A stretch of 64,000 bases of DNA from assembly GCA_037925075.1 (NCBI GenBank), contig JAXSNR010000002.1:608001-672000 (forward strand), written 5' to 3'. A model generated the notes under the pieces. It did no database searches. It was given only the letters and a program-made list of their open reading frames with translations, and had not been told where the DNA came from. The translations under genes were made by a program, and so were the position numbers. Position 1 is the first letter of the stretch. Each line of letters starts with the position of its first letter. The stretch comes from Aquificaceae bacterium (lineage in GTDB: Bacteria > Aquificota > Aquificia > Aquificales > Aquificaceae). Shown here one piece after another: positions 1 through 9,480 of the stretch.

Positions 1-1581
1 GTTCCCTTTCCCAAAACCATGAGGTGGGATTCCTCAGGGCTTAGGTTTTCAAGACCCATAAGGTGGATATGTGCCCTCTACGGCGACCAAGTCATACCAC
101 TTTCTTTTGGAAGGTTAAAGGCGGACAGGTTTACCTTTGGACACAGGATACTTTCCCCTGAAGCTCTGGAACTCAAAAGTGCTGGAGAATATTTAGAAGT
201 TTTAAGAAATAACTATGTGGTTGCGGACTACAAGGAAAGGCTCGGTATGGTGCTTGCTTTCCTTCAGGATGAAGCCTATTCCCTTGGAGGAAAGCCTCTA
301 TACCCTGAAGGACTAGAAGAAGAGGTGGCAAACCTTGTGGAGTTTCCCTTTGCGGTGGTTGGAAGGTTTGAGGAGAAATACCTTGAGCTTCCGGACAAGG
401 TTATAATGACCGTTCTTGCCCATCATCAGAGGTTCTTCTGCGTAGAGAGGGATGGCAAGCTTCTACCATACTTTATAGCCATAAGCAACAACTACCCAAG
501 AGATGGAGTGATAGTAAAAGGCTACGAAAAGGTTATAAGGGCAAGGCTCGAAGACGCCCTATTTTTCTACAGGGAAGACCTCAAAAGACCCCTTGAAGAC
601 TTCCTTTCTGGGCTTTCTGATGTCCTTTTCCATCCAAAGGCTGGTAGTATGCTGGAAAAGGTCAGAAGAGTGGGAGCTCTTGCCATGAAATTAGCAGACC
701 TTCTTGGATTTTCTGAAGAGAAGAAAAAGATAGAGAGGGTAAGCCAGCTTTGCAAGGCGGACCTTCTTACGCAGATGGTAAGAGAGTTTGACGAACTTCA
801 AGGGTATATGGGATATATATATGCCCTAAAGCAGGGAGAAGACCCGGAGGTTGCCCTTGCCCTCTATGAGCATTATCTTCCAGTGCGACCCTCAGACCCG
901 CTACCTTCAAGCCATATATCTGCAGTGCTTTCTGTTGCTGACAGGCTTGACAGTTTAAATACCCTTATAGCAGTGGGTGAAGCCCCAAGCGGAAGCTCAG
1001 ACCCATACGGTATGAAAAGGCTTGCTCACGGGCTTTTTGCCATAATAGAAGCCTTTGAATGGGATATAGACATCTCACAGTTGCTTGATGGGTCCTATAA
1101 AGATTTGGAGAAGTTTCTTGAGGCAAGGCTCGAGGCCTACCTTGACCCATATGGCTATGACCTTGTGAGGGCTGTTCTTGAGGTCAAAAGCCCTCTCAGG
1201 CCTTACCAAGTTATAAACACGGTAAAGACCCTTGCCAGCTTGAAGGATGAGGAAGAATTTAAGAATATAGTAGAGGCATACAGAAGGGTAGTCAAAATAC
1301 TACCTTCAGGATGGGAGGAAGATATGGTGGAAGAAGGACTACTTCAGGAGGAAGAGGAAAAAAGGCTTTGGCAAGCATACAAAAGTCTTGAAAACGCTCA
1401 GGACCTTTTTAACCTTTCCGCCCTGAAGGACCCTATAGACAGCTTCTTTGATAAGGTTCTCGTAATGGACCCCCGAGAAGACATAAGGAAAAACAGGATC
1501 GCCCTTCTCTACAGAATAAAGAAACTTTTTAACAGGTTTGCGGACTTCAGCAAGATAGTAATAGAAGGAGGTAAGGCATGA
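1..1581 (+). CDS. glyS: Glycyl-tRNA synthetase beta subunit (5'-truncated by window edge)
   Basis: Frame is open from base 1 (VPFPKTMRW). Motifs FSRPIRW, HHQRFF, RARLEDALFF, KADLLTQMVREFDELQG, SGSSDPYG and a C-terminal DALR-type anticodon domain. Confidence 0.96.
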   Translation, partial: VPFPKTMRWDSSGLRFSRPIRWICALYGDQVIPLSFGRLKADRFTFGHRILSPEALELKSAGEYLEVLRNNYVVADYKERLGMVLAFLQDEAYSLGGKPLYPEGLEEEVANLVEFPFAVVGRFEEKYLELPDKVIMTVLAHHQRFFCVERDGKLLPYFIAISNNYPRDGVIVKGYEKVIRARLEDALFFYREDLKRPLEDFLSGLSDVLFHPKAGSMLEKVRRVGALAMKLADLLGFSEEKKKIERVSQLCKADLLTQMVREFDELQGYMGYIYALKQGEDPEVALALYEHYLPVRPSDPLPSSHISAVLSVADRLDSLNTLIAVGEAPSGSSDPYGMKRLAHGLFAIIEAFEWDIDISQLLDGSYKDLEKFLEARLEAYLDPYGYDLVRAVLEVKSPLRPYQVINTVKTLASLKDEEEFKNIVEAYRRVVKILPSGWEEDMVEEGLLQEEEEKRLWQAYKSLENAQDLFNLSALKDPIDSFFDKVLVMDPREDIRKNRIALLYRIKKLFNRFADFSKIVIEGGKA

Positions 1582-4133
1582 AATACCTTGTATGGCTTGA
1601 TGAGGTGGGCATTGAAGACATATCCCTTGTGGGGGGCAAAAATGCCTCGCTCGGAGAGATGATAAGAAACCTTTCCTCCCTTGGTGTAAATGTGCCTTAC
1701 GGCTTTGTGGTTACATCGGAAGCCTACTATGAATTCGTAAGATACAACAAACTTGAGGAAGAAATCAAAAAAATACTTCTTGGACTTGATCCAAACAATG
1801 TGGAAGATCTGGCACGCAGAGGCCATCAGATAAGGGAGCTTATAAAGGGTGGAGAGTTTCCAAAGGAGATTGAAGAGGGAATAAAAAGTTATTACCAAAA
1901 ACTTTCGGAAAAGTATGGCTCCTTTGCGGTTGATGTGGCGGTGCGTTCCTCGGCGACCGCAGAAGACCTACCCCATGCCTCCTTTGCGGGACAACAAGAG
2001 ACCTACCTCAACGTGGTGGGTGCGGAAAATGTGCTAACCGCAGTTAAAAACGGCTTTGCTTCCCTCTTTACCGACAGAGCCATCTCTTACAGAGAATCCT
2101 TTGGTTTTGACCACTTTAAGGTAGGCATAGCCATGGGAGTTCAAAAGATGGTGCGCTCCGACATGGGTGCGTCGGGTGTTATGTTTACCCTCGATACAGA
2201 ATCTGGCTTTAAGGATGTGGTGGTAATAAACGCCACCTACGGCCTTGGAGAGCTTTTGGTTCAAGGCATGGTTACCCCAGATGAATACATGGTTTTTAAG
2301 CCTACCCTTCGAGCTGGGTACTCCGCCATAATTGAGAAAAGGCTTGGAAGAAAGGATAGAAAGATGGTCTACGGCACCGGACAGGAAAGGGTAAAGGTGG
2401 TAAATGTACCCCTTCAAGAACAAAAACGTTTTGCTCTCTCTGATGAAGAGATACTACAGTTGGCAAGATGGGGCATGCTTGTGGAGGATTACTATTCCAA
2501 AAGAAACGGAAGATGGATGCCCATGGACATAGAATGGGCAAAGGATGGACTTCTAAATCAACTTTTTGTGGTGCAAGCAAGACCGGAAACTGTACATTCA
2601 AGAAAAGAAGAAAACCTTCTAAAGGTATACAGATTTATACAACCGATAGAGGAAAGGATAAAAAAGAGGATAGTGTACGGCATTGCGGTTGGTGATAAGA
2701 TAGCCCACGGAAAGGTAAGGGTTATACATGACCTAAAGGATGCTGGGCAGTTTCAAGAAGGTGAGATCCTTGTCACCGACATAACGGACCCTGACTGGGA
2801 ACCTATAATGAAAAAGGCAAGTGGCATAATAACCAACAGAGGCGGAAGGACTGCCCATGCCGCCATAGTGGCAAGAGAACTCGGAATACCTGCCATCGTC
2901 GGAACACACAAGGCAACGGAAATACTTAAGACTGGTATGGAGATCACCCTATCTTGTGCTGAAGGTGAGATTGGGTATGTTTATGAGGGTCTTGTGCCCT
3001 TTGAAATTGAAGAGATAAACCTTGAAAACCTTCCAAGGACAAACACAAGGATAATGATGAACGTGGGGAACCCTGAGTCTGCCTTTAAGTACTCTTCTTT
3101 GCCCAACGATGGGGTTGGTCTTGCAAGGGAGGAGTTTATCATAGCCAATTATATAAAAATACACCCACTTGCTCTTCTTCACTACGAGGAAATAAGAAAT
3201 CTTTATGAGGAAATAAAAGCTCAAGGTCTTTTGGATGACAGGGGCAATGTGAGCATGGGTGTAATATACAGATATGCAAACCCAAGTCTTTCTGAAAAAT
3301 TTGCAAAGGGTAAGGACAAAAAGCAGGTAAACCTTCAAAAGATTATAGAAGACATAGAAAGCCTCACCTTTGGTTATGAGGACAAGGCTCAGTACTTTGT
3401 CAAAAAGCTCTCCTACGGAGTTGCCAAAATATCTTCCGCCTTCTATCCAAACCCTGTTATAGTTAGGTTTTCAGACTTTAAGTCCAACGAATACAGAGGG
3501 CTGATAGGTGGTGAGCTTTTTGAGCCAGAGGAAGAAAACCCCATGCTCGGCTGGAGAGGTGCCTCAAGGTATTACTCAGATGTTTATAAGGAAGCCTTTG
3601 GACTTGAATGTCAAGCAATCCTGAGGGTGCGTAACAAAATGGGCTTGACAAATACAAAAGTTATGATACCATTTTGTAGAACACCTGAGGAGGGAGAAAG
3701 GGTGCTCGAGGTGATGGAGCAGTATGGATTAAAAAGGGGGGAGAACGGGCTTGAAGTCTATGTTATGGCAGAGCTTCCAAGCAACGTGATCCTTGCGGAC
3801 AGGTTTGCGGAGATATTTGACGGCTTTTCTATCGGTTCCAACGACCTTACACAGCTTACCCTTGGACTTGACAGGGATTCAGGACTTGTCGCACATCTTT
3901 ATGACGAAAGGAACGAAGCAGTAAAAAGGTTCATAGCCCATCTCATACAAGTTGCAAAAGAAAAGGGTAAAAAGGTAGGCATATGCGGTCAGGGACCTTC
4001 AGACTTTCCCGAGTTTGCAGTATTCTTGGTGGAACAGGGCATAGACAGCATATCCCTTAACCCAGACTCGGTGCTCAAAACCATGCTAGTGGTTGCAGAG
4101 TCAGAAAATAAAATGAGGGAGACAGTACTATGA
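1578..4133 (+). CDS. ppsA: Phosphoenolpyruvate synthase
   Basis: VGGKNASLGEM, AVRSSATAEDL, GGRTAHAAIVARELG (phospho-His), EENPMLGWRG, GFSIGSNDLTQ. SD GGAGG upstream. Confidence 0.97.
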   Translation: MKYLVWLDEVGIEDISLVGGKNASLGEMIRNLSSLGVNVPYGFVVTSEAYYEFVRYNKLEEEIKKILLGLDPNNVEDLARRGHQIRELIKGGEFPKEIEEGIKSYYQKLSEKYGSFAVDVAVRSSATAEDLPHASFAGQQETYLNVVGAENVLTAVKNGFASLFTDRAISYRESFGFDHFKVGIAMGVQKMVRSDMGASGVMFTLDTESGFKDVVVINATYGLGELLVQGMVTPDEYMVFKPTLRAGYSAIIEKRLGRKDRKMVYGTGQERVKVVNVPLQEQKRFALSDEEILQLARWGMLVEDYYSKRNGRWMPMDIEWAKDGLLNQLFVVQARPETVHSRKEENLLKVYRFIQPIEERIKKRIVYGIAVGDKIAHGKVRVIHDLKDAGQFQEGEILVTDITDPDWEPIMKKASGIITNRGGRTAHAAIVARELGIPAIVGTHKATEILKTGMEITLSCAEGEIGYVYEGLVPFEIEEINLENLPRTNTRIMMNVGNPESAFKYSSLPNDGVGLAREEFIIANYIKIHPLALLHYEEIRNLYEEIKAQGLLDDRGNVSMGVIYRYANPSLSEKFAKGKDKKQVNLQKIIEDIESLTFGYEDKAQYFVKKLSYGVAKISSAFYPNPVIVRFSDFKSNEYRGLIGGELFEPEEENPMLGWRGASRYYSDVYKEAFGLECQAILRVRNKMGLTNTKVMIPFCRTPEEGERVLEVMEQYGLKRGENGLEVYVMAELPSNVILADRFAEIFDGFSIGSNDLTQLTLGLDRDSGLVAHLYDERNEAVKRFIAHLIQVAKEKGKKVGICGQGPSDFPEFAVFLVEQGIDSISLNPDSVLKTMLVVAESENKMRETVL

Positions 4134-4993
4134 AGATAAGCCTTGCCCTTCCATCCTTATCAAGGGGAGTCAAAACCGCAGTAGGCTTGCAGTTTACGGA
4201 GAAAGTTATAAGACTTCTAGAGTTAGGAAAGGACAAAAAACCCACTCTAGAACCAATTGAGGTAAGTCTCGAGGGTAGAGATAAGGAAAAGGTACTGAAA
4301 GACCTCGTTCAAAAACACAAGCTTTCTGGCAGAAGGGTAACCGCCTGCGTGCCCGTCAATGACGGACTTCTAAAGTTCTATAAGTATCCCACAACTATGA
4401 GCAAGAAAGACCTCCAGAATGCTATAGAGTGGTCCATAAAGAGAGAACTTTCTGCTATGAAGGAAGAGACATATTACGACTACTTTGTGCTGGAGCCAAG
4501 GGCTGAGGAAAAGCAGGTGGGCGTAGTTCTAGTGCTTTCCCGTAAGGAAACGGTTGAAAGCATAAGGAAAATGGTTGAAAATGTGGGACTTAAGCTTCAT
4601 ACACTTGACTACGAAATCGTTGCCATAGTAAATTATGGTCTTTATCACAAACTTCCTATTCCCTTCTCCATACTTTACATAGATTACGATTACTCCATAC
4701 TTACAACCTACTCACCTGCCAACATAAACTACTACGTAACCTATTGGAGTTTTTCTGAGTATTTGAAAAGCAGAGATGAAGAATCTCTTGAGGGTTTCTT
4801 TGCAGAAATAAGAAACATAGTAGTCCTCAATGACCTGTCCAGTATGTATGTGGCGGGATCGATCCTTGCAGAGGAAGAAATGCTCACCAGAACCATGGAA
4901 AATCTTCCAGTGCTTGGGCTCCTTGACATTGAAGGTATTAAACCAAACTTTTTTATTCCGTATATATTAAGCATAAGGGGACTGGAAGAATGA
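4130..4993 (+). CDS. pilM: Type IV pilus assembly protein PilM-like (divergent actin-like fold)
   Basis: AVGLQF..IRLLEL N-terminus, YYDYFVL, GLKLHTLD. First gene of a pilMNOPQ-ordered cluster. Confidence 0.75.
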   Translation: MKISLALPSLSRGVKTAVGLQFTEKVIRLLELGKDKKPTLEPIEVSLEGRDKEKVLKDLVQKHKLSGRRVTACVPVNDGLLKFYKYPTTMSKKDLQNAIEWSIKRELSAMKEETYYDYFVLEPRAEEKQVGVVLVLSRKETVESIRKMVENVGLKLHTLDYEIVAIVNYGLYHKLPIPFSILYIDYDYSILTTYSPANINYYVTYWSFSEYLKSRDEESLEGFFAEIRNIVVLNDLSSMYVAGSILAEEEMLTRTMENLPVLGLLDIEGIKPNFFIPYILSIRGLEE

Positions 4994-5637
4994 TAAAAAT
5001 AAACCTTGCAAGGGTAAGAAAAGAAAGACAAGAAAAAGCAAAAATAGACGTTACAGCCCTAAAAGGGTTAAAGCTTCAAGACATCTTTAAGGTGGGGGGT
5101 GAGTATTATTTAGGGCTTTTGCTTTGGATTGGTGTGATGGGCATGTTGGGATACTACTGGAATGTAAATAAGCAAAAGAATTCTTTAAAGACAGAACTTG
5201 ATAGTTTAAATGCCCAAAAAATCAAGCTCCAAGCTCAAGCTAAGAAGTTCCTTGAGGAGAAAAAACGAATAGAAGATAATATAGCAAGGCTAAACACCGC
5301 AATACAAGAAATAGAACAAAGTAAGGACATCATAAAGGGTTTAAAAGCCTACTATGATATTTTTAACGAAGGATTGCTTACTTATACGAATTCTTTGCCC
5401 AAGGCTTCTTGGTTTGCTTCTTACAAACAATCCATTGATATAAACCAACAAAAACTTAGCTTTGAGTTTGAAATGAATTCCTTTGATTACAACAGTTTGA
5501 GTTCTTATGGAAAGAATATCAGCAAACACTCAGAAAAAATCCTAATAAGTCCCATAGAAAGGAAAGTGAACCAACACGGCTTTGAGTACTACAGTGCTAA
5601 GTTTTCAACAGAAAAATTGTTGCAGGGAGTGCAGTAA
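4990..5637 (+). CDS. pilN: Type IV pilus assembly protein PilN
   Basis: MIKINL motif (PilM-binding INL), single TM, coiled coil, position after pilM. Confidence 0.8.
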   Translation: MIKINLARVRKERQEKAKIDVTALKGLKLQDIFKVGGEYYLGLLLWIGVMGMLGYYWNVNKQKNSLKTELDSLNAQKIKLQAQAKKFLEEKKRIEDNIARLNTAIQEIEQSKDIIKGLKAYYDIFNEGLLTYTNSLPKASWFASYKQSIDINQQKLSFEFEMNSFDYNSLSSYGKNISKHSEKILISPIERKVNQHGFEYYSAKFSTEKLLQGVQ

Positions 5638-6359
5638 TGGGAAAGATTATAGCCCAGTTTAAGGCTTTGCCCCCTTTGCAACGATACATATTGCTTTTGG
5701 CTATACCTATTGTAGTAATAGTTTATCTATGGTTTATGTTCATATCTCCTACAAATGATGAAATAAGCAAACTAAAAATGGACATACAAAAAGAAAAAAC
5801 CGAAATAGAAAACCTCAAAAATACTCTAAAGCCCGCAGTCCTTGAAAATCTCAGAAATCAAGAGAAAAAACTAATGCAAGATTATCAACTAAAGCAGGCA
5901 GAGCTCGTAAGCCTCGTGGGAGAAATCCCAACAGAAAGAGACATGGCTTTGGTTGTCAAGAATATTGGTAGTATAGCCAGAAAGTCTAATTTAACAATTA
6001 TGAGGATACAAGTATCCAACCCCCAAAAGACAACCTTTGCATTATATACAGAAGGGGAAAAGAAGATAGTAAAAGAGTATCAGCAACAACAGCAGACATC
6101 AGACCAGCAAAAAAAAGATCAACAGAAAAGAGCAGATAAACAACAGCAAGCAACTGAACAAAAGACCGTAAGCTTTCTGAAAAGTAAGGTTGAGCTTGAA
6201 CTCCTTGGCACTTATCCTTCCCTTAAAAGCTTCCTTGATAACCTCCAGCAAAGAGGCATAATATCTTATCCTGAATCTTTGTCTATAAGTCCAGAAGGAC
6301 AAAAAATTAGGGCTAAACTTGAAATAAATACATTAATAAAGGAGGGTGGTCAGCCATGA
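5637..6359 (+). CDS. pilO: Type IV pilus assembly protein PilO
   Basis: N-terminal TM, coiled coil, 'IPTERDMALVV..I..IA..SNL' and 'ELLGTYPSLKSFL' PilO-type segments. Confidence 0.82.
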   Translation: MGKIIAQFKALPPLQRYILLLAIPIVVIVYLWFMFISPTNDEISKLKMDIQKEKTEIENLKNTLKPAVLENLRNQEKKLMQDYQLKQAELVSLVGEIPTERDMALVVKNIGSIARKSNLTIMRIQVSNPQKTTFALYTEGEKKIVKEYQQQQQTSDQQKKDQQKRADKQQQATEQKTVSFLKSKVELELLGTYPSLKSFLDNLQQRGIISYPESLSISPEGQKIRAKLEINTLIKEGGQP

Positions 6360-6583
6360 GCAGGATATTAACAATTTTGGCGTTTATAGGCTTTTCCTTT
6401 GGTCAGCAGGCTTTTCAAAGCTTGGAAGGTGCGGTGGGTTATATAGTGATAGAAAAAGGGGGTAAATTGGAAAACTATGTGGTAGTGAGTGAAAAAGACG
6501 GTTCTGTTAAGACATTAAAAGTGGATAAAAACCCATCCCAACTGTTAAAGAAGGTTGAAGATAAGGAAGGAGGTAAAAAATGA
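6356..6583 (+). CDS. Small exported protein in the pilP position (PilP-like, reduced)
   Basis: SD GGAGG, signal-peptide-like N-terminus, 'GYIVIEKG..YVVV..DGSVKTLKV' beta strands like the PilP core. Lies between pilO and pilQ. Confidence 0.55.
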   Translation: MSRILTILAFIGFSFGQQAFQSLEGAVGYIVIEKGGKLENYVVVSEKDGSVKTLKVDKNPSQLLKKVEDKEGGKK

Positions 6584-8301
6584 GAAGGCTTTTCCTTCTT
6601 CTAATATTCTTGGTAAGTCTATCTTACTCTCAAACTGTAAGGGAGATGAAGTTTGAAAACGCAAGCTTGCAAACAGTCTTAAAAGCTCTATCAGAAGTTT
6701 CTGGCATGAACATTATCTTTGATCCAGAGATTGCTCAAGACCTTCAGAAAACCGTCAGCATTGCCATATATAAGCCTGTGCCCGTGGGAGAGGCCATGAA
6801 TATTATCTTAAAAGAATACAAGCTTATTGCAGTGCCTGAAGACGAAAAGGTTTTTCGCATAACTAAGAGTGCCGAAATAAATGTCAACGTGGCGGGGCTT
6901 GATGAGGCTAAAACAAATGAAATCATAAACTTTCTTAAAGTGCGTGTGAGTCCATCTGCGGAGATAATCATAGATAGAACATTAAAAACCATATACGTAA
7001 GAGATGAAGAAAAAAACATAAAAAGGCTTGAACCTTTCCTAAAGGATTACAAAAAATTAGCTGAAGCCCTTGTCCCACCGGAAGAGAGATCCACAAAGGT
7101 CTTTTACCTTAGAGGTATAAGCTTGGACGAAGCAGAAAAAAGACTAACCCCACATATAAGACAGGGAACCATAATCACAAAAGCCTATGATTTCTCAGCT
7201 TTGGTGATCACAGACAACTCCAAGCAAATAAAGCTATATTCTGAAATTTTAAAGCCCTTCCTATCCACTGAACCCACAGAAAGAAGGCCGGTTACAAAAA
7301 TATTCTATCTCAAATACATAAGCCCCGACGAGTTCATAAAGATGATAGAACCTCTAAGGTCAGAAGCGGGTATTGTCTTAAGCGGTGGTGTATTGGTAGA
7401 AAAACCAGAAACAACCCAACCAACAGGGCAACAACAGCAACAACAACAGCAAACCCAAAAGGTCCCAACCCCCATAATAAAGGAGTTCAACGCGGTTATG
7501 ATAACCGACTATCCCGATGTGATACAGACCATACGAGAAAGGTTTACAGAGTACATAAGCGAAAGCCCTGTTAGAGTTTCCATAGAAGCTCGTATACTAG
7601 AAATTAGAGAGGAAGCCCTAAGAGAGCTTGGCATAAACTGGAACCTTTTGCTTTCTCAGGCAAGCGTGCCACAGTTTTGGGGAGGTGGAGCTGGCTCAAA
7701 CATAGGCATAGGTGTAGCACCTAATCCAAACCCCGGGCTTTCTACAACGGCTGGTGGCATCCTTACTTTTACCTATCAAAAGGGTATTTTGAACGCCCTA
7801 AACCTAAGAATATCAGCCCTTGAGAGGATAAATAAGGCAAGAAGCTTGGCAAAGCCCATGGTCATAACCATAAACGGACAGAAAGCTACCATAAGGCAAG
7901 GTGTGCAAGTACCCTATCAGACAACTGCAGTCGGTCCTGGTGCCACCGCAGTGGCAAACGTACAGTTTAAGGATGTGGTCTTACAGCTTGATGTCACACC
8001 GATTGTTTCTCCTGATGGTAGGATCCTTATGGATGTGGAAATAAAGCGGGATACCCTTGGCGTTCAAACACAACAAGGACCAGCCATAAACACAAAGGAG
8101 GTAAAAACCAAAGTGGTAGTGGAAAATGGTCAAACCTTGGTGCTCGGTGGCATTTTGGACAATCAAGACAATATTACCAACGAAGGTATACCCGGCTTAG
8201 TAAGGGTTCCCCTGTTTAATTATCTGTTTGGACAGGAAAGGCTGACCAAGTTAGACACGGAGCTACTTATTTTCATAACTCCCACCCTTTTAACCCAATG
8301 A
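6580..8301 (+). CDS. pilQ: Type IV pilus secretin PilQ
   Basis: N0/STN-like 'FENASLQTVLKALSEVSGMNII'. Secretin domain 'VSIEARILE..ELGINW', 'GQTLVLGGI', 'GIPGLVRVPLFNYLF', 'ELLIFITP'. Confidence 0.93.
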   Translation: MRRLFLLLIFLVSLSYSQTVREMKFENASLQTVLKALSEVSGMNIIFDPEIAQDLQKTVSIAIYKPVPVGEAMNIILKEYKLIAVPEDEKVFRITKSAEINVNVAGLDEAKTNEIINFLKVRVSPSAEIIIDRTLKTIYVRDEEKNIKRLEPFLKDYKKLAEALVPPEERSTKVFYLRGISLDEAEKRLTPHIRQGTIITKAYDFSALVITDNSKQIKLYSEILKPFLSTEPTERRPVTKIFYLKYISPDEFIKMIEPLRSEAGIVLSGGVLVEKPETTQPTGQQQQQQQQTQKVPTPIIKEFNAVMITDYPDVIQTIRERFTEYISESPVRVSIEARILEIREEALRELGINWNLLLSQASVPQFWGGGAGSNIGIGVAPNPNPGLSTTAGGILTFTYQKGILNALNLRISALERINKARSLAKPMVITINGQKATIRQGVQVPYQTTAVGPGATAVANVQFKDVVLQLDVTPIVSPDGRILMDVEIKRDTLGVQTQQGPAINTKEVKTKVVVENGQTLVLGGILDNQDNITNEGIPGLVRVPLFNYLFGQERLTKLDTELLIFITPTLLTQ

Positions 8302-8924
8302 TAAAGGTAGCCATAAAGGGAATAAACGAAAGCAACTTGGAAGATATTTCTCTTAAGCTTTCAGATCTGGGTATAGACCCAGCACCAGTTTATAGAAGTA
8401 TCTTTGAAGGAAAAGGGCAAGCAATAATAAACTGTCCAAAAGAAAAACTTCAAGAAATCCAAAACCTTCTGGGTAAGGACTATCAAATAACCCCCCTTGA
8501 AGAGGGCAACACACAAACCCATCCAAATTTTTACATACCCCTTTTATCTTTGTTTTTGGACAACCTTTTGGCTTTTTACCTTCTAAAGCTTTCCATATGG
8601 TCGGAGGGCTTTGGCAGGGTCCTAGTTAGCCTGTTTGGTGGTAGCATTGCGACAGTATGGGCTAGAAACATACTTAGCCTTCTCTTTTTGGGTCTTTATC
8701 ACTATGCCTTTTTGTTTGAAAAGGGGGCTCCACCAGTAGCCAAACTTCTTGGCCTAAACTACACAAGGGACAAGCTTTGGATCTTTTTAAGCTACACCTT
8801 TCCCTTGATAGGCATATATCTTATAAGCATCGGCTCCAACCTCTTTAAACTCTTGGGCTTAGGGCTTCTTTCCTTTGCCATTGGCATAGCTCTTTATTCC
8901 AAGGACAGCGTGAAGTTTTCGTGA
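8298..8924 (+). CDS. Membrane protein: small soluble N-domain plus RDD-like TM domain
   Basis: Several hydrophobic helices. 'SLFLDNLL' and 'GAPPVAKLLGL' resemble degenerate RDD motifs. ATGA overlap with pilQ. Confidence 0.55.
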   Translation: MIKVAIKGINESNLEDISLKLSDLGIDPAPVYRSIFEGKGQAIINCPKEKLQEIQNLLGKDYQITPLEEGNTQTHPNFYIPLLSLFLDNLLAFYLLKLSIWSEGFGRVLVSLFGGSIATVWARNILSLLFLGLYHYAFLFEKGAPPVAKLLGLNYTRDKLWIFLSYTFPLIGIYLISIGSNLFKLLGLGLLSFAIGIALYSKDSVKFS

Positions 8925-8930
8925 AGCTAC

Positions 8931-8958
8931 TTGACAAAACTCAAAAAAGGAATAAAGT
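8931..8958 (+). promoter_or_regulatory. Putative sigma70 promoter of major pilin
   Basis: TTGACA (8931-8936), 16-nt spacer, TAAAGT (8953-8958). Confidence 0.5.
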
Positions 8959-9015
8959 ATAACCAACCCTACTTTGCCCGGGCAGATAGGGAATAAACTT
9001 ATGGGAGGTTTAGCC

Positions 9016-9477
9016 ATGAAGAAGCTGTTCAGACAAACCCAGAGAGCCATAAGGCTCAACGCAGACAAGGGTTTTACCCTCATTGAGCTCCTTGTGGTCA
9101 TAGCCATCATAGCCATCTTGGCATCCTTGGCAATACCCCAGTATCTTGCCTACCAAAGAAAGTCAAAGGTCAGCTCCTATGCAGAACCCATAGCAAGGGG
9201 TTGTCTAATGGACTATGCTGGATGGTGTCAGGAGAATCCCGGTCAAACGCCAGCTGTAGCTAATCTCAGAAATTGTTATGACACAACCGCAAGTGATCAA
9301 ACCTTTACCACAGCGGGCGGTGATGTTGATTTGTCAACTGGCACCCTTCAAGCATGCAACGCGGACGGATCTCCGGGTGCACAGGTTGTAAAAGCATTCC
9401 TAGCTAACGTTACTGACTTTGTGGCGGAGTGTTTTACTTCCTCTTCTAGTATAAGGTGCACTGTTAGGACTCCATAA
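9016..9477 (+). CDS. pilA: Type IVa major pilin
   Basis: SD GGAGG before ATG 9016. Class III signal KG|FTLIELLVVIAIIAILASLAIPQY. 6 Cys in the globular domain. Confidence 0.92.
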   Translation: MKKLFRQTQRAIRLNADKGFTLIELLVVIAIIAILASLAIPQYLAYQRKSKVSSYAEPIARGCLMDYAGWCQENPGQTPAVANLRNCYDTTASDQTFTTAGGDVDLSTGTLQACNADGSPGAQVVKAFLANVTDFVAECFTSSSSIRCTVRTP

Positions 9478-9480
9478 GCT

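Noticed and set aside
3190..3340. Possible intein in ppsA
   Set aside because: Too short, and lacks the Cys/Ser start and His-Asn end.
8881..8898. Possible sigma54 -24/-12 promoter for pilA (TTGGCATAG...)
   Set aside because: The -12 GC is missing and a sigma70-type promoter is present.
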